Below, in pieces: positions 27,488 to 38,829 of a DNA stretch of 64,000 nt. Each line of letters starts with the position of its first letter. The stretch's first letter is position 1. The stretch lies in contig OZ024741.1 in the NCBI GenBank assembly GCA_964016885.1, positions 182,218,001-182,282,000 on the forward strand. Reading direction: 5' to 3'. The DNA comes from Eledone cirrhosa (Eukaryota). A program made the translations under genes and the position numbers. The notes under the pieces are model-generated. The model was not told the origin of the DNA, ran no database searches, and worked only from the letters and a program-made list of their open reading frames with translations.

Positions 27488-30277
27488 TTTCTTTATTAGC
27501 CACAGGGGCACAAAAGAAGGGGACAAATACAAAGGGGGAAGTTTACATACAATAAAAACGTGTAAAATATTATCACAAATGCAATTTAAATATTAGTCGA
27601 TTTTCCCCAATAGGGGGAGACATTTCATATGGGTAACACATACCCCCGAAAAAAATGTGCAACCCTCATCTTCAGGAGTACGAAGAGTTTGTACTCCCTT
27701 CCCCTCCTCCTCTTTTTCCTCAACCTACAGGCTGATATAGAAAGAAGGCCCATTCACTCGGGCCATTCTCTCCACTTTCACCCACCTTTCATAAAACTTG
27801 CTGGGATACAGCACCTCTCTCTCCATCCTGATTCTTCTTCCAACGTGGTATTTGAAAAAAAGAATCAGTTGTTGGTCGGAGAGAAAGGTGTGTGACCTCA
27901 GCTCTTTCAACCTTGTCCACCATACAACCTCTTTCGCCATAGCTATCACACAAAGGAAAACCGCTCTTCCTTCGTTTTTGAAGGAGGGTGGCGGTTTGAT
28001 CATGACAATGGACCCGGTGGTCAACCGGATTGGTCCCACCCGCGACAATAGTCGTTCTACATAGCCCCACAGGTCGGTGACGCCCGGGCAGTGTATGAAT
28101 TCGTGCGCGATGGTTTCTTCGTCTCGCACGCACCTTGGACAGATCTTTTTTGCAGGGTCCCTGCCCGGGCGCTCATGTCTGTCGAGCTTGTCTCGAACTG
28201 GTAGAGCTCCTCGGTAGCACTGCCAGGCCAGGGACATTTGAAAGTTGTCCATCGTTCCCGGGCGGAAGGTCCTACCGAACAGACTGGCCAGTTCGTCTTC
28301 CTCTACGCCCAGAGTTTCACCGAGCACGTCGTCGCACTTGCTGCGGATCAACCCTCTATAGAATGACGAAGTGGCGTCTCCACTGATCGCCGGCTCCGCC
28401 TGCCAGAGGGCTGTGAGCGCCTGAGCACATTCGATGTGCCAGTCGCCCATTTTCCTCGGTCTTTGCTTGACCCAGGACTGCAGCTCGGTCAGCGAGACGA
28501 GCCGTGGGAAGGAATACGTAGAGATGCCGCAACCTGAGCGCGTGTTTGCGCATCGTCAGCCACGGCAACCCCAGCCCTCCGTTGGAAGGGCGTTGGCAGC
28601 AGATGGGTCTTCTCACCAAAGGAGCCCGCCTCTTCCAAAGGAATTGGAAGAGCGCACTCTCCATTTTGGCGAGCGTTTTGGCTGGACAAGGCACGATGGT
28701 CAAGCGGTAGTAGATGACGGACGCTATAAAAGCGTTCGCCACCTCCGCTCGAACTTTCAAGGATAGTTTGCACTCGGCCCACTTCTGGGTGAGTGCAAAC
28801 ACCTTGGCCGACACCTCGTTCCAGTTCTTCTCAACCTGGAGGTCCGGACAAAACCAGACCCCGAGCAGCTTTACTGGTCCTTCCGTCCAGCGTCCGACGA
28901 CGCCATCGGAAGGCATCGGTTTGCCTCTCCACGATCCGAGTTGCAAACCGATGGACTTGTCCCGGTTCAGCTTCGCTCCTGTGAACCTTTCGTATTCCTT
29001 CAGTAAGGTGCCGACTTCCTCGATTTGGGAGGCGCTCGACACCATCACTGTCACGTCGTCGGCGTAGGCCGACGCCGCTTTCCGCAGTCCCGGTTCCAGA
29101 GGGATGCCCTGCAATAGCTCCAACCTCCGCAGTAGTGGCTCGAGAGTCAATACGTACAGAAGGGAGGAGAGAGGGAATCCCTGTCGAATGGATCGCGTGA
29201 TATGGAACGGCTCCGAGAGGTAGCCGTTCACCTTATCCCTTCAGCAGATGTTGCTGTTATGCATTGCAGAAATCCAGCCCCTGAACACGGGTCCGAAGCC
29301 TGCCGCCTCGAGCACCGCATCCAGATAACGATGGTCAACCCTATCGAAAGCCTTAGACTGATCCAAGTTGATCAGGGCCCCACCGAAGCCGGGTTTACAC
29401 TCTACCCTCTCTATGATGTATCGCATGAGGTGGAGGTTGTCGTGTATGGACCTGGTCGGGATTGCGCATGTCTGCGCTTCTCCCACCAGGTTCTCGACGA
29501 CAAGCGCCAGCCTCTTTGCCAACACCTTGGCCAAAATCTGTAACTCTGTGTTTAGCAGAGTTATGGGCCGGAAGTTGCCTATGTCATCCCCCTTATTCTC
29601 GTCCTTCCTGATTAGTGTGACTACGCCCCCGGTTACAGAACTGGGAATTCTCCCGTTCTGTTGCCAGTTGCAGTAGACCGCTTCCAGGAGACCGGAGAAT
29701 AAGTCCGGCATTGCTACGTAAAATTCGTAGGGTAGACCGTCGAGACCTGGAGATTTGCGTTTGCCGCATTGGCTCAGCGCGTCCCTTATCTCAGCGGCTG
29801 AAATCGGCTTTTCGCAGAACCTTGCCTCGCTGTCCGAGAGGTATGGACCGAAATCCATAGCCCCTCCCGGCGCGTCGCCTTGCCCGAACAGCTGAGCAAA
29901 GTGCCGCTGAAAGTCCGCACACATCTGCTTCGGCTCACGTATCACGCGTCCGTTTTTGTCCTTTAAAGACCGAATCGTGGACTTGTTGCCACTTTTTGCC
30001 TCCGTCACTCGGGCCCAGCTAACAGCTTTGGCTCCCTCGTTTCCCAGAGCACGTATTTTGCTTCTGACAACGCAGCCCTCGTGCTTTGCGTCGAAGAACT
30101 GGTCCAAGGCCGTTCTCGTTGCTGCACGCTGACTACGTTGCCACTTCTAATTGCCTCTTCTACTTTATCTATCTGTTCTTTCTCGGTTCTATTTCTATCT
30201 AACGCTAATTCTTTACTAAAAACTAACGAGTCTAATCTAACTGCCCTCTTGAGGGAGTACCACCATCTGTTGTTGAC
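27488..30277 (-). mobile_element. 5'-truncated Tx1/L1-clade LINE
   Basis: GC-rich, nearly continuous ORF2; short 3' UTR with AATAAA; abuts (ACCT)n. Confidence 0.9.
27725..30270 (-). pseudogene. LINE ORF2 (reverse transcriptase + CCHC zinc knuckle), frameshifted
   Basis: KSPGLDGLPYEFY, NFRPITLLNTE, LDQSKAFDRVDH, IRQGFPLS, AYADDV, CPRC..ETIAHEFIHC across ORFs 29241-30107, 28356-29231 and 27725-28450. Confidence 0.93.
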
Positions 30278-30284
30278 AGATATG

Positions 30285-30664
30285 TTTCTTTATTAGCCAC
30301 AGTGGCACAAAAGAAGGGGACAAATACAAAGGGGGAAGTTTACATACAATAAAAACGTATAAAATACTATCACAAATGCAATTTAAAAAAACAATCGATT
30401 TTCCCCAATAGGGGGAGACATTACATATGGCTAACACATACCCCCGAAAAAATGTGCAACCCTCATCTCCAGGAGTACGAAGAGTGAGTACCCCTTTCCT
30501 CTCTTCCTCCTTTTCCTCAGCCTACAGGCTGATATAGAGGGAAGGCCCATTTACTCGAGCTATTCTCGCCACTTTCGCCACTAAAATATTATTTATTTTA
30601 ATTTTTTTAGTTCTTTTTCCCATAAAACTTCCATAAAACCTTTCATAAAACTTGCTGGGGATAG
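30285..30664 (-). mobile_element. Second, short 3'-end copy of the same Tx1-like LINE
   Basis: 30285-30580 closely matches 27488-27780; 30641-30664 matches 27787-27808. Confidence 0.9.
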
Positions 30665-31032
30665 ATGTTAATATGTTTTCAATTATATTTCCATTTATTT
30701 TACACTTGCATTAATCAAGTTCTATTGAAGTAGATTTAAAAGAATAAAAGTAAAATATCTAATTATCTTATGTGAATGTGAGCGGAGATGTTTGTTTATA
30801 ACCAACAATGAAATAGTCATTTCTATGAAACAGCAGTATTCATAGTAGGGGGAAAGAGTGTTGCTTCAACGCATTCAAATATCCTCAGTTTTATGTAGAT
30901 AGGTGATAGAATCTTATTGTTCGTGAATACACTTTTATCTATTAATATAATTTTAGATGAGTTTTCTTTGATTGTCCCTCTTCCATACAACGTTAAAATT
31001 ATTATTCTCACTGAATTAAATTAAATATCGAA

Positions 31033-31122
<90 letters not shown>

Positions 31123-31151
31123 GTACATATGCATATATATGTATATATATA

Positions 31152-31185
<34 letters not shown>

Positions 31186-31313
31186 TATATATATATATAT
31201 ATGCATATATATATATATATATGTATATGTACATATGCATATATATGTATATATATATGCATATATATATATGTATATGTACATATGCATATATATGTAT
31301 ATATGCATATATA

Positions 31314-32141
31314 TACAGTAGTATGTATATATATATATATATACATACATGCACACACACATATATATGTACGTATGGATATACCGAACATTTATTATAA
31401 TGCTCGGTGTGTTTGTAAACAAACATCCCGAATTAAGCCGTACAGTGTTTAGCAACCATCGTTGCCCTTTTGTTCAACACTGACAAAGGAACGATGTACT
31501 AGTTTCAAGCTTATTAGCTATCGTCAGCACCGTATACTTTCCTGCCAGATGATTGAACGTCTGAAAGTATATACTTTCCTTATGCATATTAACGGCTGAG
31601 CAGCCTAATTTGCATATTGAGTGAGGTAATCGGCCGTATGTATATATATATATACATACTACTGTACGTCTGTATACATATATGTATGTACGTATACATA
31701 CTTATATTTAAGTAACAGCCGTACTAAGTGTGAGAAATGAAATTTCGTTTCATTTTTTCCGTTTATCGTTTTCGGTGCGCCCCGCCGATTAACTCACTCG
31801 ATATGCAAATTAGGCTGCTCAGCCGTTAATATGCATAAGGAAAGTATATACTTTCAGACGTTCAATCATCTGGCAGGAAGGTATACGGTGCTCACGATAG
31901 CTTATAAGCTTGAAACTAGTACATCGTTCCTTTCTCAGTGTTGAATAAAAGGGCAACGATGGTTGCTAGACACTGTACGGCTTAATTCGGGATGTTTGTT
32001 TACAAACACACCGAGCATTATAATAAATGTTCGGTAAATCCATACGTACATATATATATATATGTGTGCATGTATGTATATATATATACATACTACTGTA
32101 CGTCTGCAATCGTATATGTATGTACGTATACATACTTATAT
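31314..32141. mobile_element. Fold-back, partially tandem HHR element (434-nt unit)
   Basis: Arms 31314-31634 / 31784-32100; direct repeat 31636-31707 vs 32072-32141. Confidence 0.85.
31491..31533 (-). ncRNA. Minimal type I hammerhead with palindromic stem III
   Basis: ACGGTG-CTGACGA-T-AGCT-AATA-AGCT-T-GAAA-CTAG-TA-CATCGT; the + arm copy has a CTCACGA core mutation. Confidence 0.85.
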
Positions 32142-32157
32142 ATCTATATATTATATA

Positions 32158-32190
32158 CTAGCAATGTATCCCGGCGTTGCACGGGTAAGA
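32158..32190 (-). mobile_element. Helitron 3' terminus
   Basis: A|CTAG followed by CCCGGCGTTGCACGGG hairpin; extent of the element to the right not defined. Confidence 0.6.
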
Positions 32191-32834
32191 ACTTTGGCAA
32201 TAGCACCTCCAATGAGAAACGTTTATTTGGGAATGCTTGTTAAAATCTCACGAAAATATACCGACAGGAAATTTGTTTTATTTGGAGAAAATTAAGAAGT
32301 TGAAAGTACAGTTTAGCTATCTACGTGCATTGTTCATAGAAATATTCTTTTCATACTCCTCTGATTTGGCCTTTTGGAGTAAATGTGAAAGAGAAAGTCA
32401 CAGGTTAAGTAGGCAGAAGGTTCCAGTGTCATAGCAGTCAAGCGTAGGCTACTTACCTCAAAAGTTCCACTAAGTTACTCTTTCTCTCCATCCCTCTCGG
32501 TGCAGTCCCTTGCGCTATTTCTCGCGTGGGCCTGGTGTAGATTTGCACCCGATCCATCTACCCGATGCACATGTCGGCTTTGTACGGCTTTTGGAGGAAG
32601 GAGTGATCAGCAGTACGTTGTTCGGTATTATTACGAAAAGGTGTAGCAGAGAATCCCGGGCGAACTAACAGCTCGGGAGGAAACTGCTTACCTCGCAGAT
32701 TCATTCGCAATCGCTCTTGTTTTACTTGGTATTTGTTGGTCTACAGTTAGATGATGGCGCACAAAGGGTTAATGTTTATTGACAAGAAGTTTTTTGAATA
32801 ATAAAAGACGGGTTAAAGCGACCTACAATGTACT

Positions 32835-32887
<53 letters not shown>

Positions 32888-32915
32888 ATGTATGCATATA
32901 TATATATATATATAT

Positions 32916-33169
32916 TTAGTTAAGAACTCACGGTAGTCTTTTACAATTAAATAGCTCTAAGAAAAAAGCTTTTCCGAGCCGTACAATATAATTGAATAAA
33001 CAAGAAAGATGAACACTAATATAAACATACAATGTGTTCGAATGGTAAGGACCAAATTTGGTAGGGTGGAAAATGTGCTGTAGTTAGTATTTTTTCAACC
33101 TAGCAAATTTTGTCCTTACGATTCGAACACATGTATGTTTATATTAGTGTTCATCTTTCTTGTTTATTC

Positions 33170-33177
<8 letters not shown>
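32916..33177. repeat. Fold-back inverted repeat with one-sided tail in (TA)n
   Basis: Arms 32987-33073 / 33090-33177; no HHR core recognised. Confidence 0.8.
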
Positions 33178-33227
<50 letters not shown>

Positions 33228-33246
33228 GTTTGTGTGTGTGTGTATG

Positions 33247-33301
<55 letters not shown>

Positions 33302-33336
33302 ATGTACATATATTTTTATGTGTATATTTATATATA

Positions 33337-33393
<57 letters not shown>

Positions 33394-33405
33394 ATATATG
33401 TGTGT

Positions 33406-33632
33406 GTGAAGGCGCATGGCTTAGTGGTTAGAGCATTTGGCTTGCAATCGAAAGGTTGTGAGTTAAATTCTCGGACCGGATGATGTGTTGTTTCCTTGAG
33501 CAAGACACGTTGTTCCAGTTTACTCAGCTGTAGAAATGAGTACCGGCCACCCGCCCAGCCAGTGGGATGGTGTAATCTTATGGCTAAAACAGCACGACGG
33601 GCTGTGACCAGCGGCGCCGATCGGTCAAGGTG
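33406..33632 (+). mobile_element. tRNA-derived SINE (second family)
   Basis: TGGCTTAGTGGTTAGAGC A box, B-box-like GAGTTAAATTC, CCTTGAGCAAGACAC core; relatives at 60338, 63223 and 62880-62998 (minus). Confidence 0.8.
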
Positions 33633-34028
33633 ATATATATATATGTGTGTATATATGTGTGTGTATATGTATATATGTGTATATATATATATATGTATAT
33701 ATAAGTATATATGTATATATGAGTGTGTGTGTGTGTGTGTCTGAATGTAGCGAAGATAATACGACAGCAATGACGTGTTCGTCTGAATGTCGTAATGCAG
33801 ACACCAGACATAGAGACAGATATTATAAGGGATCGACAGAGATCGATAACCGGCGCCTAACAACACCCATTTAACAACAGAAACATCGAAAATTAAAAGC
33901 TGCAGTTAATATCTTTAGACCGCAAGGAATATATAAATGGAAGTTTAAAGTAGAGTAGAAATGTGGACTTATATAGACTTTGCAAAAATGAGGAAACACA
34001 CACACACACACACAGTCAACTACAGTTT

Positions 34029-34121
<93 letters not shown>

Positions 34122-34211
34122 TATGCATATATATATATATATATATATAAAATATTAAAAAAATAATGAATAAAACAATGAAACAGTTCCTTATATTAAA
34201 CAAAAAAATTC

Positions 34212-34360
34212 ATTATTTAACGATCGTTTCTAGGATATATATGTGTTAGAATTGGCATGTATATTCAACAGATCTATGTACAAAATTATACAAAATTATA
34301 CAAACTATCAAAATTAAATATACATACCAAACACATATATATGCCGTCTTCAGAAATAAT
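34212..34360 (-). ncRNA. Type I hammerhead with ~115-nt stem II
   Basis: ATTATTT-CTGAAGA-C-GG[ATATATATGTGTT..TGGTATGTATAT...ATATACATGCCA..AACACATATATAT]CC-TA-GAAA-CGATCG-TT-AAATAAT. Confidence 0.75.
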
Positions 34361-34410
34361 CGTAAACTCTTGGTAGATTTATCTACATATATATATATAT
34401 ATATATTTTC

Positions 34411-35210
34411 ATGTTAAGTCCCTCTACACAGTATTCACCCACGCCGACGGCCTACGTGCCCTCCGGCACTACCTCGACCTTCGCCCTTCCTCCATCCCCT
34501 CTACCCCCACCCTCCTTCGCCTCGCCGAGCTGGTCCTCACCCTTAACTGCTTCTCCTTCTCGGTTGAGTTTTACCAACAGGTCAATGGGCCCAAACTAAG
34601 CCAACCTTTTCGTTGCCCAGTACACCGGCCCCACGCCCGAACTGTACAGTCGTTACATCGATGACTGCATCGGAGCCACGAGCCTCACCCGAGCACAGCT
34701 CGACTCCTTTCCTCCCTTCTGCTCCTTCCACCCCTCCCTCCACTTCACCACCTCTATCTCCACCACCCACGTCCATTTCTTGGACATCTCCGTCGCCATC
34801 GACCCCTCCCACCGCCTTCTCGTCACCTCCGTCTTCTTCAAACCCACCGACTTCCACTCCTACCTCGACTTCACCTCCTCCCACCCTACACACATCAAAC
34901 ACTCCATTCCCTACTCCTAACTCCTCCGGATCCGCCGCCTCTGCAGCCGAGATCTGACTTCGAGTCACAGGCCCTTTCTCTAGTCAGCCATTTCCCAGGC
35001 CCTTTCTCTAGTCAGCTATTTCAACATCGTCTAGGGATCGGTTCACGGAGCACCTCCGTCTTGGCAGGAGTTCCCCCATCGCCCGCCACTTTGGTTTCCC
35101 TGGACATTCCGCCCACCACCTCACAGTCTGTGGCCTAATCCAATGCCATGGGACCCCTCGCTCGCCACCCGCCTCACGGTCGAGCAACACACCATCTTCA
35201 CCCTACGGAC
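34411..35210 (+). pseudogene. Penelope-like element RT + GIY-YIG endonuclease remnant (Neptune-like)
   Basis: LLRLAELVLTLNCFSF, MGPN*ANLFV, YSRYIDDCI (YIDD 34654-34665), FHPSLHFT, VHFLDI, KPTDFHSYLDFTSSHP..K.SIPYS*LLRIRRLCS, LGDRFTEHLR, PIARHF. Confidence 0.9.
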
Positions 35211-36130
35211 CCCCCCCCCCCCCGGCCTGAACTCCCCACCCCTCTTCCTTTAGCATTCGGCCGTCCCCCCCACACACACATCCCCTACTAACACCACTAA
35301 CACACTCCCCAGTTTCACCGTCCCCTCCACTCCCAGCCTTCCCCCACCCTCTTCGCCCACCCACATCTAATAATACTAACAGCCCCACCCCCTGGCCCAC
35401 CCCACAACTAATAATACTAACATCCCCACCCCTCCCCCTATCACCCGCGCACCCACACCCTCAACACGCACACACACACACCTGTACATATATACACGCA
35501 CTCACACTATTCACAGACCCTACTACCACCATTAACCCCCACCCACACATCCACATCTGACCACCCCACCACTAATATTACTACCCCCCCCCCACAAATC
35601 TTTCCCCACACCACACACACACGAACACACAACATCACACATACACTCACCCACACTTACGTACACACCGATACACCACCCACTCCACACACAAACTACC
35701 ACCACTAACCCCACTCACACACCCGCATTCAACCCCTCCCCCCACCACCAGTAATACCAACACCCACTCTACCACACACACACACACACACATAAACACT
35801 TACACTATTTTCGCACCACGCAACCATACATCCACACCACATATAAACACACACACACACACACACACGTGCGTATCCCCTCATACACAGACTCAGCCTC
35901 CGGACTCTGCACGCCTCCTCTCCCCCACCCCCTCTGACCCCTCTCCATCCACAAGCACACACCGGTTTCACTATTAGCCGAACATCGAACCTCGTTCTTC
36001 CCCCAACTCTCATTCACATCCACACACACACACACACATACACCTACACACATACACACACACCACCTTCAGCCCTCCCCACTCGAACCCCCACCCCCGT
36101 CTCCCTCTCCCCTCCCCCACGCCTCAAATC
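35210..36130 (+). repeat. C/CA-rich low-complexity 3' region of the PLE
   Basis: ~900 bp strongly G-depleted on +, between the PLE ORF and its HHR. Confidence 0.7.
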
Positions 36131-36274
36131 CCTTCACCACTTGTTTCTTATTATTTTTAATTTTTTTACTCTCCAAAAAAATTCTTTATCCTCCGGTTGG
36201 TTTCTCCCCCCCCCCCCTTTAAAATAATTTGTTTACTCCCCCACACACCCTCGAAACTCTCTACCTGCCACTTT

Positions 36275-36310
36275 TCTCCTGATGAAGGGCTTAGCCGGAA
36301 ACGTCGTCCC
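36275..36310 (+). ncRNA. PLE-terminal minimal hammerhead motif (stem I decayed)
   Basis: CTGATGA-A-GGGC-TTA-GCCG-GAAA-CG-TC, same strand and downstream of the PLE ORF. Confidence 0.6.
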
Positions 36311-36339
36311 CCACCCCCCACTCTCAAGCGTGAAACTAA

Positions 36340-36511
36340 TAATTGTTTCTACTTTAGGCACAAGGCCATCAATTATCCAGTATATTATTGGTACTTTATT
36401 TTATCGACCCCGTAAGGATGAAAGGCAAAGTCAACCTCGGTGGGATTTGAACTCAGATCGTAAAGGGACGTAACTATGCTGGAAAGAATGGCGTCCGACC
36501 CTCTACCGATT
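36340..36511 (-). mobile_element. tRNA-derived SINE (dominant family)
   Basis: Family match. Confidence 0.88.
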
Positions 36512-36582
36512 AACATTTGTACTGCCTCTTCGCTTCCACGTTTTGTTGTTTTCTGTTTACTGTCTCAACTTTAAAATATATA

Positions 36583-36615
<33 letters not shown>

Positions 36616-36624
36616 TATATATAG

Positions 36625-36673
<49 letters not shown>

Positions 36674-36755
36674 TAAGTTTATCCCGGGTTCAATCGGTGG
36701 TAACCACAGTAAGTTACTCAATACAAAGCAGCGTATAAATAGTTAATATAGAAAT

Positions 36756-36806
36756 GACTTCAACAGGACTAGAACTGTTTCAGTCGGGACAAATCATCAG
36801 GAAGCC
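36756..36806 (-). ncRNA. Family A hammerhead, diverged copy
   Basis: GGCTTC-CTGATGA-TTTGTCCCGACT-GAAA-CAG-TTCTAGTC-CTG-TT-GAAGTC; family A tail at 36674-36755. Confidence 0.7.
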
Positions 36807-36809
36807 CAG

Positions 36810-37820
36810 GCTTCGTTCGGTGCATCAAGCAGTAAGTCCTCGCCAACGGTCACGATCAGCGGTGGCTTTTTCCTGTCCGTGCCAAGTGATGTTGGCTGCT
36901 ATCAGGTCTTTTCGGAAGGTTCGTTACCAGGTGATCCTGGGGCAACCCCGCCTCCATTTTGCGCCAGGTGGAGTCCAGTTCATCGCTGTTTTCGAGTGTC
37001 GTTCGTCGGGCAGGGGCAGAATATGGCTAGCCAGGTTGCACCGGCACCCTCAGCCCGATCTTTTCTGCGCTCTCTTGTAGGGATGTTGTTAGGCCTTGCA
37101 GATCTGCACTGTCTACAGCGATCAAAGCGTATAGAGACATTGGCGCAGCAATAAGATGACCATCGATTCTATACTCCTGCACAACCTTCCACAACATGTC
37201 CCAAGGAACGCGGTCATATGCTTTTTCAAGGTCGAGAAAACAAGAATATGCCTATGGCATTACTTCCATGATTTCTCGAATACCTGCCGCAGTGTGAATA
37301 TTTGCTCGGCTGTGCTGCGTTCGAGTCGAAAACCGCACTGATCATCAGCTAGCTTGGACTCAACAATCTCCCCACATCTCTTTGCCAGACACTTAGCACA
37401 GACTTTACTCTGGGGAGGCTTAACAAGTAGATCCCTCTGCAATTGGAACAATCTCTCTTGTCTCCTTTTTTTGAAAATTGGGAGTATCATTCTCGATTGC
37501 CTTTGCTTAGGTGCCTTTCCAGGGATCCAAGTCACCCAGCGCACACGAGTCAGCCAGAGAATACATTCTCTATTTAAGGCGTTTAACATCTCGGGCCGGA
37601 TTTCGTCTTCCCCTGCGGACTTGCCACATTTGAGTTCTTTAACTGCTCTTGTGACCTCACCCTCAGAGAGCTTAGTCACCGCTCACTGATGAACCTCGTG
37701 TACATGAGATGCTGCTGTTGTGATCGGGTTTAGGAGATTAGCAAAGTATTCATTCCATCTCACGACGAAGCACCTTTCTGAAGAGAGGAGCACCCCAGAC
37801 GCGTTTCTGATATTACAGTA
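36810..37820 (-). pseudogene. RTE-clade LINE RT remnant
   Basis: LKCGKSAGEDEIRPEML, ILPIFKK, DDQCGFR..RSTAEQIFTLRQ, FLDLEKAYDRVP. Confidence 0.88.
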
Positions 37821-37829
37821 CTAATAGAA

Positions 37830-38340
37830 TGATCGTTGATGACTCTACGGAGGCTAACAGATATTCTACTAAATTTCTGAACTCACACCTTCCGGGATGC
37901 CGCCTTACAAACTCCAGCTAAAAGCAGGTTCAATAATAATGCTTCCCTGGTATATATCAATCCAGAACGGTTTATGCAATGACACAATACGAGAAGTAGT
38001 GGGATTGCACCAACATTCCATCGAAGCTTTTCATATCAATGCTCTATTGATGGACAGGCGTGCTTTGATCCCAAGGCCAAAGTTAGCGCCCAAAAGAGCC
38101 CAATTACCAGTAAGACTATGACCAGTAATGCTATAACAATCAACAAGGGCCAGGGTCAAACACACGATAAAGTATATCTCTTCTTTCCTAAACTAGTATT
38201 TAGCCATAGGAAATTGTATGTCGCTTTTTCAGGAGTATGCAGACAGATGTAAAAATTGAAGCTTTGAACACGGATAAGCAAAGGAAGCAAGGTAATAAAA
38301 CTGTGACAAAGAACATCGTATGCAAAGATAATTCTGAGTT
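37830..38340 (+). pseudogene. Helitron Pif1-like helicase C-terminal remnant
   Basis: KFLNS..SGMPPYKLQLKAGSIIML..NGLCN, LIPRPKLAP, AITINKGQGQT, VFSH..LYVAFS. Confidence 0.88.
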
Positions 38341-38412
38341 AAGAGTTTCAAGCTGCAATGGAATTGAAACTAATCGTAATCTCTATATCGTTTTGTGTAA
38401 ATTAGTTGTATA

Positions 38413-38484
38413 CTAGCAGATGGCCCGGAGTTGCTCGGGATTTGCTCTAGGGTTCTTATATATTTGATATATATTTATCCTTAT

Positions 38485-38537
<53 letters not shown>

Positions 38538-38668
38538 TAACAGATTAAAGTTTAAGCATAAATCGCTGGTTTCACCCTTAACGGGATCTTCTGAAACTAA
38601 AAGAATCAATCTGTGAATGCAGAAGTAAATATTTCGAAAAACGTGTTACACTATATATATATACATAC

Positions 38669-38717
<49 letters not shown>

Positions 38718-38815
38718 TATATATATACATATATACACACACACACACATACAGCGTCATAATGTCGTAATGCAGATTGCCAGACATACAGACAGATATT
38801 ATAAGGGCGCAAAGT
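38413..38815 (-). mobile_element. Non-autonomous Helitron, 3' part (same family as 5403-6129)
   Basis: Collinear with 5403-5895, including the hairpin and CTAG end. Confidence 0.85.
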
Positions 38816-38829
38816 CCGTTGTATATATA

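Noticed and set aside
33406-33480. tRNA gene (also 60338, 63223)
   Set aside because: A/B boxes present but the cloverleaf is poor and the sequence continues into a SINE body.
34613-34957. Pro/Ser/Thr-rich mucin-like ORF
   Set aside because: Alternative frame of the C-rich Penelope RT sequence.
37897-38121. Host PIF1 helicase gene
   Set aside because: Intronless fragment with frameshifts and lost motifs, of Helitron type.
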